Assembly: GCF_963921235.1 (NCBI RefSeq)
Contig: NC_086097.1
Location: 172,548,001 to 172,612,000 of the forward strand
DNA length: 64,000 nucleotides
Direction: 5' to 3'
Origin: Mobula hypostoma
Taxonomy: Eukaryota
Under the pieces are notes generated by a model that saw nothing but the letters and a program-made list of their open reading frames with translations, searched no databases and was not told the DNA's origin. The number at the start of each line of letters is the position of its first letter. The stretch's first letter is position 1. Below, piece after piece: positions 26,041 through 36,261 of the stretch. The position numbers and the translations under genes are program-made.

Positions 26041-27775
26041 AGAATCAGAATCAGATTTATTATCACGGGTATGTGTCATGAAATTTGTTAACTTAAAGCA
26101 GCAGTTCAATATAATGCATAATCTAGAAGAAAAAGAAAAAAATAAGTAAATAAATATACATATATTGCACGATTTTTAATCTATTCAAAGTTTCAAAAGA
26201 ATTTCAAGATGTATAATGTATACATTTCTCTAACATTAAATGTACCTTTGAAACTTTGAATAGATTAAAAATCATGCAAAAACAGAATTAATATATATTT
26301 AAAAATGAGGTAATGTTCACCAATTCAATATCCATTTAGGAATTTGATGATGGGGGGAAGAAACTGTTCCTTAATCACTGACTGTGTGCCTTCAGGGTTC
26401 TGTACCTCCAATCTGACGGTAGCAGTGAGAAAAGGGCATGCCCTGGGTGCTAGGGGTCCTTAATAATGGACACTGCCTTTCTGAGACACCGCTCCTCGAA
26501 GATGTCCTGAGTACCCAAGATGGAGCCAACTAAATTTGCGACCCTCTGCAGCTTCTTTCAATCCTGTGTAGCCACACCCCCCATACCAAACAGTGATGCA
26601 GCCTGTCAGAATGCTCCCCACAGTATATCTATAGAAGTTTTTGAGTGTTTTTGTTGACATACCAAATCTCTTCAAAGTCCTAAAGAAATATAGTCATTGT
26701 CTTGCCCTCCTTATAACTACATCAATATGTTGGGACCAAGTTAGGGCCTCAGAGATCTTGACACCCAGGAACTTGAAACTGCTTACTCTCTCCACTTCTG
26801 ATCCCTCTATGAGGATTGGTATGTGTTCCTTCATCCTACCTTCCTGAAGTCCACCATCAGCTGTTTCGCCTTACTGATGGTGAGTCCAAGATTTTTGCTG
26901 AGACACCACTCCAGGATGTGGAAGCATTGGAAAGGGTACAGAGGAGATTTACCAGGATGCTGCCTGGTTTAGAAAGTATGCATTATGATCAGAGATTAAG
27001 GGAGCTAGGGCTTTACTCTTTGGAGAGAAGGAGGATGAGAGGAGACATGATAGAGGTGTACAAGATAATAAGAGGAATAGATAGAGTGGACAGCCAGCGC
27101 CTCTTCCCCAGGGCACCACTGTTCAATACAAGAGGACATGGCTTTAAGGTAAGGGGTGGGAAGTTCAAGGGGGATATTAGAGGAAGGTTTTTTACTCAGA
27201 GAGTGGTTGGTGCGTGGAATGCACGGCCTGAGTCAGTGGTGGAGGCAGATACACTAGGGAAGTTTAAGACACTACTAGACAGGCATATGGAGGAATCTAA
27301 GGTGGGGGCTTATATGGGAGGCAGGGTTTGAGGGTCGGCACAACATTGTGGGCCGAAGGGTCTGTACTGTGCTGTACTATTCTACGTTCTATGTTCCACT
27401 TGTTGGCATATCTCGCTCCTGTACGCTCTCTCGTCTCCATCTGAGATTCTACTAACAATGGTTGTATCATCAACAAATTTAGAGACGGTATTTGAGCTAT
27501 GCCTAGCCACACAGTCATGGGTATAGATGGAGTAGAACAGTGGGCTAAGCACACACCCCTGAGGTGCACCAGTGTTGATTGTCAGCGAAGAGGAGTTATT
27601 ATCACCAATCCGCACAGATTGTGGTCCTCCAGTTAGGAAGTCGAGGATCCAATTGCAGAGGGAGGTACAGAGGCCCAGGTTCTGTAATTCATCAATCAGG
27701 ATTGTGGGAACGATGGTATTAAATGCTGAGCTATAGTCGATAAACAGCACCCTGACATAGGTGTTTGTATTGAAT
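26041..27775 (-). mobile_element. Rex/Babar-type LINE RT region plus 3' UTR, interrupted by a CR1
   Basis: [28 protein letters not shown] (27382-27804); (agaatc)n 3' tail at 26041. Confidence 0.85.
26914..27394 (+). mobile_element. 5'-truncated CR1 inserted in the Rex element
   Basis: Open frame DVEALERVQRRFTRMLPGL...FFTQRVVGAWN; ttctatg-type terminal repeats; short tcca duplication at the flanks. Confidence 0.9.
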
Positions 27776-27782
27776 TGTATTG

Positions 27783-28139
27783 TCTGTAGCGTAGTGGTTA
27801 GCACAACACTTTACAGTTCAGGCAACCTGGGTTCAATTCCCGCCGCTGCCCGTAACGAGTTTTATGTTCTCCCCGTAGCTGCGTGGGTTTCCTCTTGATA
27901 CATCAGGTTCCTCCTGAGGTGCAAAGATGTACTGGTCGGTAGGTTAATTGGTCATTGTAAATACTTTATACTTCATACTTTATTGTCGCCAAACAATTGA
28001 TACTAGAACATACAATCATTGTGCAAACGTACAAATTGTTTCAAGATTAGGCTCAAATTAAATTAGTGGATTGCTGAATGGAGTGGCTGATTTGAAGGGC
28101 CAAAAAGGCCTTTCCAGTGCTGTATCACAATAAAAAAAA
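27783..28139 (+). mobile_element. V-SINE (HE1-like), with a short LINE-tail insert at about 27961-28030
   Basis: tRNA head (tagcgtagtgg, gggttcaattcc), V-domain tgttctccccgt..gcgtgggtttcctc, CR1-like tail gaagggcc...gtgctgtatc followed by an A-run. Confidence 0.75.
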
Positions 28140-28297
28140 GTCCAAATTTTAAGGTGATTGCTGGTCTGTAGTATTCCGTCGCTGAGGTAGGGTTAGGGTA
28201 ATGCAGATCAGATCAAGAACCTAATGGAGACAGGAAAGCAGCTGTTCCTGAAACAGATCACATATTAATCATTAATCCCCATATATGCTTAATATAC

Positions 28298-28302
<5 letters not shown>

Positions 28303-28338
<36 letters not shown>

Positions 28339-28401
28339 CTTAATCCCCATTAATAGATATTCCCCTATACCATAACACACACACACACATATATATATAT
28401 A
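28303..28401. repeat. Compound microsatellite (TA)n(TG)n ... (CA)n(TA)n
   Basis: Directly visible; the two blocks are in inverted orientation. Confidence 0.9.
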
Positions 28402-31194
28402 GGGACTTCAGGCTTCAGTACTTCTCTGACAGTAGCAAGTGATAAGACAAAACACTCAGTGGCCAATGACACCAGGACAGATAAGTAACTTCAACAACGC
28501 AATCTGCCCACTTGCCCCAATTAGTACAGTTAAAGACTGATCCCATCGTTGCAACAACAAAAGACATGTATTCACAGAGACTGATCTATCAGCTGTGTAG
28601 TATGTCAAAAGGCAGTGGAGTCAGCTCTTTCTCCAGAGACAAGTGCATAAAATCTAGGCTAATGCCAAAGGGCACACTACATTGACAGGTGGGTCATCTT
28701 ACGGATGGGACATTAGAGCAAGGCCCAGACAGGCCTTTCTGGGGAAGGAAATCATCTCCTGGATGCTCCCACTCTGGTGAAGTTCCAAATTAACAGCCAC
28801 AGTTCTGCACCATTAATCCATGGTTCAGATTACACCAGGGCAGCTGGAAAATTAAAATTTAGTAGTTATATATATATATATGGATTTTAAGGTAATTGTC
28901 AATATCAACCTCTGAATTATCATAAAAATTCATTTTTTACACATTTTTTCATGGAAAGGAATCTGCTGTTCTTATTCAGTTTGATCTTAATGTGGATCTT
29001 GAGCCAACAAAGTGTATCATTTTTAACAGTTCAGGGTTTAATCAGGGATAGGGTATTAGCAGTAACATTCAACAACAACCTGAAAGTTAATAAAGAATGC
29101 TTCAAAGAAGAACAGCCAAGTAAAACAGGCTCTGATTAATGTTGTAAGGAAAGGCTAGAAAAAATAGGGCTGTTTCCTCTGGAGTGGCACAGGCTGAGGA
29201 GAGACCTGATAGAGATTTATATAGACAGCTCCTATCTTTTTCCCAGGATCAAAATCTCTAATATTAGAGAACATATATTTGAGGTCAGAGGAGAGAAGTT
29301 TAAAAGTGATGTACAGGGCAAGTTTTTATACACAGAGAGTAGCATTTATAAAGCAGCAGCTTAACTTCCTGACTCATGAACAATGCCTCAACTAATGAAG
29401 ACAAGCATGCCATATGCCTTCTTTACCACCCTATCAACCTATGCAGCCATGTTCAGGAGCTAAGGACTTGGACTTATTGTATTGAGATCCCTCTGTCATC
29501 AACACTACTAATGGTGCTGCCTTCAACAGTGTACTGTTCCTATACATTTGATCTCCCAAAGTGCAACACCTCATACTTGGCCGGATTAAGCTCCATCTGC
29601 CATTTCTCCGTTCATATTGGCAAGTGTTGTACATCCCACTGAATCCTTTGATGATCTTCTACACCATCCACATGCTTTAATTTTTTGTATTGTCTGCAAA
29701 CTTACTAACCCATTCATCGACATCACTTATAAATATCACAAACAACAGTGGTCCCTGAAAGAATTCCTACAGAACACCACTGGTCATAGACATGCAGCCA
29801 GAATAAGTCCATTGACCACTACCGTATGTCTTCTATGGACAAGCTACTTCTGAATCCAAATCGCCAGTTCACCATTGATCTCTGATCTATTGATTACTTC
29901 CAGCCTTTATTGCTTTTGTGTCAGATTTCCAGCATCTGCAGTATTTTCTTTTTTCAGGATCCATCAGCCCTTAACTTTTCCACTCTCCATAGGCTTTAGC
30001 AACTTCAAAGAATGCATAGACCACTTATAGAATCATTGAAAAACTCACTGGGTATAAATCAGCAACAAACCTGACAGCAGTTGATGGTTTCTTTAAATAT
30101 AACTATTTCTAGTGCCATTCATGTTACTTAACCACAGCTGTGAGAATTAGAGAAGGTATTAGTAGGAACACTGAGCTCCAAAACACCAATGCTGACATCA
30201 AATCAGTTTTGAACTCTGACAATAAGAACTGCTAACTCTGCAGGGTTCTGCCAGTGCTCTCACTAATACCGCACTAATCCCTGATGTGACCAGCATCACA
30301 ATTTGTGCACTGCAGATACCTATAGTGGGGTCCAAAAATACAGCTGTGTGTATCTATGTTCTCCATCCATCACCGAGCAGGTTGTCCTTCTTACCAAATC
30401 CTAAATATTTCATAATTTTTTCAATAAAATCTTCCCTTAGTTCACTTTGACTTATGTGAGGGGATTTTCAATTAATACTGCCACTTGCAAAAACAGACCT
30501 GTCTCAATAACCTCAGTCTCTATGTTACATTGGAGACTGATAGCTACCGATTTAGTTGCAATCTAAATCCCCAGACCATTTATTATTAATAGCAAGGATT
30601 TTTACGAGGACTTTGAAAGTCACTAATGATTGATCAGCTTGCCTTTAGCTATTCTAGTGCAATATACCATGACTTCTAATCCAGTGCATTGTGGCCGAGG
30701 AGGGATACCCATGTTTTATTGTAACAAAGCAGTGACTATAGCTCAAGATTTTTGGGTTATTCTGAGATTATAAGTAGCGGAAATATTTTGTTTTTCTCTA
30801 ACTCCATTCTCATCACTTTCAGGACATCTAAAAGTACTTGAGAACCAATGAGGTGCATTTGGAACAGAGTTACTGTTAACATAAAATGTAGAAAAGTACA
30901 GTACAGGAACAGATCCACAATCTTTCAACAAACTAATTAGGCCAACAACATCTAATCCCTTTTGACTAAATATAGTCCATATCCCTCCATTCTCTGCATA
31001 TACATGTGCCAATCTAAGACCTTTTAAATGTGTAGGATCAGTACACTGTTGAAGGCAGAACCATGATGTTGGCCAGAAGAAACTGCAGTCTGTCAAGGAC
31101 AGGGGAAGCAGACAAGCCAACTGTCTTTGTTTTCCCCCACTTTGTGGACTCTGAACAGTTTCTTGCTCTTGGATAATCTAATCAGAGCAACTGA

Positions 31195-31976
31195 GGCTAC
31201 GTCCACACTAGTAACTGAAGCTTTATCTCTTCGTTTTGATCCTCCATCTACACTGAAACGGTGTTTTCCTCCCCTGAAAACAGAGCTTTTCTAAAACAGT
31301 CTCCAGAGTGTTTAAATCTGAAAATGCCGGTTGGGCTTTGTGGTGTGTACAGGGTAACTGGAGGTTTTAAAAAACTTGTCGTCCCTTTCATTGATGAAGG
31401 GACTATGGCTGTAGAAAACGTTTCCAGGGTGACCCCTCTGTGGGAGTGGGGAAGCTGTTGGTGGGGCCACCCGGGGGTCTGTGTGTCCGTATGTGTAGCT
31501 ATTGTAGTGGCTGTGAGGCTGGTATTGCGGCAGTAAAAAGTACTGGGGGGGGAGCCATCATATTCCTCATCATTGCAAATCCCTCTGCAACAGAGTTAGA
31601 CAGTTTTTCAATGTTCATTGTCAGCCGGGTCATACTGTCCGCGAACTCCCTGTCAGTTGCCTCCATACGCCCCAGTATCTGTTTTTTTAGTTTTAAGTCC
31701 TCCAGCATGACAGCCAACAGCTGTCTGTCGTTTGGCAATTACCTTATAAGTTTTTCTAGTCTGTAACTGGACAAACGCGCACCAAGTACTGTATACTGTT
31801 TCCTCTTCGCTTGTCTTCTGTAGATGTGTCCTGCACATGCCCAGTAGGAGGAGATTTGCCCAAATATTCATTCTAATGTGGACGGAGGTATTTTCAAAAA
31901 CGCCTGGTGTGGACACCTATCGTTTTTATGCGAAACCGACGTTTTCAGGATTATCCGGCCTAGTGTGGACGTAGCC
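31195..31976. mobile_element. PIF/Harbinger non-autonomous element
   Basis: Perfect 17-bp TIR ggctacgtccacactag; 3-bp TSD tga/tga. Minus-strand remnant 31499-31738 (RQLLAVMLEDLKLKKQILGRME...SVAEGFAMM) resembles the C-terminus of the Harbinger Myb/SANT partner protein. Confidence 0.85.
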
Positions 31977-33032
31977 TGAATGTGAACACAGGAAGCTTCA
32001 AGTAATGATCTGCTAAACCTGAGACCATTCTCAAACAAATAGCCATTTGTTATGTAAAGGGCATGGACTCTGAACTGATCCTTGCTCTGCGACAATCTAA
32101 TCAGACCAACATACCTAAGGCTACTTCCACACTACACTGGATAATTTTGAAAACAAAGCTTTTTCTCTTCGTTTTGACCTTCCGTCCACACTGAAATGGC
32201 GTTTTCAGCCCCCGAAAACGGAGATTTTCAGAAACAGTCTCCAGAGTGAATAAATCTGAAAACGCCTAATATCCGTTGCAGTGTGTACGGGGTAACCGGA
32301 GCTTTTTAAAACCGCTGTCGTGACGTGCCGGAACAGATGGCGACAGTGCAGCATTTCATTGTTTTCTTATTATTATTACTACTACTACTTTATTGTCGCC
32401 GAAGAATTGATACTAGAGCATACAATCATCACAGCGGTATTTGATTCTGCGCTTCGCAGAACCTAACAATTTCAGAACAGACAGCAACAAGACTAAAGCC
32501 AGAAGAGTTAGAAATGTACTCACCAAATACTTTGACCCATAGCTTACTGAATAAATAAGTATACTCACTTTGCCCTGTTTTCTGTCCTAGCTTGTATGAA
32601 GGTGGTTTACCTATTTATGCCAGTCCTTCTCTGACAATAGATGTGTAACAGCCTAATGTAACATTGTATGGAAATACAGGTGTCCCCCGCTTTTCAAACG
32701 TTCGCTTTACGAAACTTCACTGTTACGAAAGACCTACATTAGTACGCTGTTTTTGCTTTCAGAAGGTGTTTTCACTGTTACGAAAAAAAAATTCAGCGTG
32801 TGAAAAAAATCAGCGCATGATAAAAGGCAGAGCGCACCCCGAGCAGCCGCTCTCCCCCGGATTTGGAACGGCATTCTCACCGGCATTGCTGAAACACGTG
32901 CCTATGAGCAGCCGTTTGCAAGATGAGTTCTAAGGTATCGGAAAAGCCTGAAAGAGCTCGTAAGGGTGTTACACTTAGGGTAAAACTAGACATAATTAAG
33001 CGTTTTGATCGTGGTGAACAAAGTAAGGACAA

Positions 33033-33135
33033 GCAACATACATCAAGGTTGCTGGTGAACGCAGCAGGCCAAGCAGCATCTGTAGGAAAAGGTGCAGTCG
33101 ACGTTTCAGGCCGAGACCCTTCATCAGGACTATAT
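33033..33135 (-). mobile_element. 103-bp Penelope pLTR-derived insert
   Basis: Perfect 10-bp TSD gtaaggacaa at 33023-33032 and 33136-33145, interrupting the Tigger transposase remnant. Confidence 0.85.
33096..33131 (-). ncRNA. Minimal type I hammerhead ribozyme motif
   Basis: Minus strand reads AGUC-CUGAUGA-AGG gucucgg CCU-GAAA-C-GUC-GACU: both core motifs, stem I AGUC/GACU, 3-bp stem II, GUC cleavage triplet and a palindromic ACGU stem III, as known for Penelope minimal hammerheads. Confidence 0.75.
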
Positions 33136-33560
33136 GTAAGGACAATGTGAGTTTGGCTTGTGGAAGCTGATGAACATGAAGAGGTTTTGGCATCCCATCA
33201 CCAAGAACTGATAGATGAAGAGCTGATGCATTTGGAAGAAAAAAGGATAACAATCGAAACCGAATGAGTAATGATAAAGTACGACTTTAATTTTGAAAGG
33301 GTACGTCGGTTTAGGAGATATTTGCAGGATGGTTTGAGTCCTTATTAAAGAACTGTGTGATAGAAAAATGCGTGAGGCTCAGCAGTCAAGCAAGCCTTCC
33401 ACATCAGCCACAGCAGTTGACGAACCTCGACCTTCGACATCGAGGCGGGCAGAGATAGAAGATGAGCTGCCTGCTCTAATGGAAAGAGACGACGAGATGA
33501 CACCCCAGCGTCCCACCACCCCAACTCCCAGGCCATGGACAGATACCGATTCGCGGAAAA

Positions 33561-33793
33561 TGCAACGGTAGCCGGGACGCACACAGCACTTCTTTAAGAA
33601 AAGCCGAAAGAAACATGCTAATTAATTAGGTGCCGCCGACACATAATTGTCGGCCCAGATCAGAGATGACACAATTGGAAATCGGCACTGATCTGGGCCG
33701 ACAATTACGTGTCGGGCAGCACCTAATTAATTAGCTAGTTTATTTCGGCTTATTTCTTAAAGATGTGCTGTGTGCCTCCCAGCTACCGCTGGA
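33561..33793. repeat. Long imperfect palindrome inside the Tigger element
   Basis: About 100-bp arms (33561-33663 and 33688-33793), e.g. gctaattaattaggtgc...taattgtcggcccagatcag / ctgatctgggccgacaatta...gcacctaattaattagc. Confidence 0.9.
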
Positions 33794-35372
33794 CTCCTGC
33801 GTGCTTCGCGGCAATGTATCGCTCAGCGGCCTGGAGGGTGGGGACCACTGGACCACCCAAACTCCGACTCAGCCTAACACACCATCATAAATGTGCTTGG
33901 CACTGTCCCAATTCCAGTAAGTGATACTACACTGTACATACATTATTTCTACTTTATATAGGCTGTGTATTTTACATGTTATTTGGTATGATTTGGCAGC
34001 TTCATAGCTTAAAGGTTACTGGAGAGAGTGTTTCTGCTGAGAGCGCTTGCGTGAGATTTTCTGCCGGCGGCGCTTGCGTGAGATTTTCGCTACGGAGAAC
34101 AGTGCAGTAATGATTGTGGAAAAGTATTTCTACTTTATATAGGCTGTGTATTTATCATATCATTCCTGCTTTTACTATATGTTACTGTTATTTTAGGTTT
34201 TATGTGTTATTTGGCATGACTTGGTAGGTTATTTTTGGGTCTGCGAATGCTCACAAAATTTTTCCATATAAATAAATGGTAATTGCCTCTTCGCTTTACG
34301 ACATTTTGGCTTACGAACCGTTTCATAGGAACGCTGTACTTTCAGATGGCGGGGGAAACCTGTACAAGATAACACTGATGCAGACATGTTTTATACATTT
34401 AACAAGGTGCTTTATTAATGCAACAGAGTTAGTCAGTTTTTCAATGTTCATCGTCAGCCGGGTCATACTGTCCGTGAACTCCCTGTCGATTGCCTCCTCG
34501 CTCCAGTATTTGTTTTTTTTTGTTTTAAGTCCTCCTGCGCGAGAGCCAAGAGCAATTCCTTTTAAGTTTTTCTACTGTGTAACTGGACAAATGCGTACTA
34601 AGTATATCGTTTCCTCTTCATTTGTTTTCTGTGTGTCTTGCACATGCCCAGTAGGAGGAGATTCGCCCAAATATCTGTCTAATGTGGACAGAGATATTTT
34701 GAAAAACGCTTAGTGTGGATGCTGTCATTTTTACTTGAAACTGGCATTTTCAAAATTATCCGGCGTAGTGTAGACATAGCCTGAGACCATTCTCAGAGGA
34801 GTAGCTACTTGTTATGTGAAATGCCAGACCTGCAATCGGTAATCTCGTTAGACTCTGTCTGGGTTGCCTCATTTAACTGGTTTGGACCAGTCAGAGTGTA
34901 AAGGCACAAATACACAAGGCTGGAGTGGGCAGAACCATGAAACAATGTTGGTTGTAGACCTGTACAGTGACCGGGAAGAAGGTGACCCAGGTAGGTCAGG
35001 TGACCTTGAGCCAATGGGATGGAGATCCGATGGTTCAATTGATGAGGAACAGTATAAGAGTCAGGAGCTCCAAATGCACAGGGGTGATAACTCTCCAGCA
35101 GCCAGAGACCAACCATCATGGATAACGAGGACCCCACGGACTCGTGGAGATTGGGACCACGGGGAAAGCTTGGCCAGCGTAGACTCCTTTCCCGGGTAAT
35201 GCCTCTTCTCTTCATTGACTGTTCATGGACTGTCAGGGATTCTAGTAGGGTGCACACAGAGACAGTTTGTGAACCCATGTGCTTTTAGTTGAAACAATAA
35301 TAGTTACTTGTCGGTAACTACAGATTCTCTGTGCCTCACCGATCATTATTACAAGCGGTGATTCTTGTAACA

Positions 35373-36245
35373 ATTAGTAGTGTTGATGACAGAGGGATCT
35401 TAGAACCCAAGTCCTTAGCTCCTGAAAATGGTTGCATTGGTTGATAGGGTGGTGAAGAAGGCATATGGCATGCTTGTCTTTATTAGTTGAGACATTGTTC
35501 ATAAGTCAGAAACTTATGCTGCTGTTTTATAATACTCTGGTTAGACCAAATCTGAAGTACTGCTTTCAATTCTGGTCGCATCCATTATAGGAAAGATGTG
35601 TAGGCTTTGGAGAGGGTGCAGAAGAGATTTACCAGGATGCTGCCTGGATTAGAGGGTTTACGTTTAAGGAGAGGTTAGGCAGATTAGGGTTGTTTCACTG
35701 GACAGGTGGAGGTTGAAGGGAAGGCGGATAGATGTTTATTAGCTTATTAGAAGAATAGGTAGCTGTCTACATTCTTCCCAGGGACGAAAAGTCTAATACT
35801 AGGGTGTAAGCATTTAAGATGAGAAGGAGTAAGTTCAAAGAAGTTTTTCTTTTTCAATCTTTTTTATTGAGTTTCAAATTGATAAACATAACAATGATAA
35901 TGATACAAAGAGATCTGGGTTACATTAATAACGGTTAACGTATACAGACACAGACTCCGAGTAACATATTTAATTTAAATCTCCCAATCTCTTAATAACT
36001 GAACATAAAAAATGGTGCAAGTTTTTCACACTGGAATATGCTGCCGGGGTGGTGGAGGAGGCAAAAATGATAGAGAAGTTTTAAGAGGCTCTTGGGCAGG
36101 CACATGAATGAGCAGGGAATGTAGGGATACGGACATTTGCAGTCGGAAGGGTTTGGTCTGGTTAGGTACTTAATCACTAAATTTGCTTGGCACAGCAGCA
36201 TGAGCTGAAGGGCCTGTTCCTATGCTGCTCTTTTCTAAGTTCTAC
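35373..36245 (+). mobile_element. Degenerate CR1 3' part (host of the solo LTR)
   Basis: ttggagagggtgcagaagagatttaccaggatgctg (ERVQKRFTRML) and a CR1 3' UTR; interrupted near 35845-36000. Confidence 0.7.
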
Positions 36246-36261
36246 TTTCTTTAAAAGCAGA

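Larger units (their letters stand above)
32677..34362 (+). mobile_element. Internally deleted Tigger/pogo transposon
   Basis: TA TSD; TIRs caggtgtcccccgc / gcgggggaaacctg; psq-type HTH remnant RARKGVTLRVKLDIIKRFDRGE and C-terminal remnant EEVLASHHQELIDEELM. Confidence 0.85.
32119..34781. mobile_element. Second related PIF/Harbinger non-autonomous element, carrying nested inserts
   Basis: TIRs ggctacttccacacta / tagtgtagacatagcc; TSD taa/tga; subterminal and internal sequence homologous to 31195-31976. Confidence 0.8.
31067..35372 (+). mobile_element. Probable solo LTR (about 855 bp once inserts are removed) in a CR1, carrying two Harbinger elements
   Basis: Termini tgtt...aaca; 4-bp TSD atga/atta (1 mismatch). 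The host CR1 cagtacactgttgaaggcagaacc|attagtagtgttgatgac rejoins (compare the reverse complement of about 29490-29536). CCAAT and tataag motifs near 35010-35058. Confidence 0.6.
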
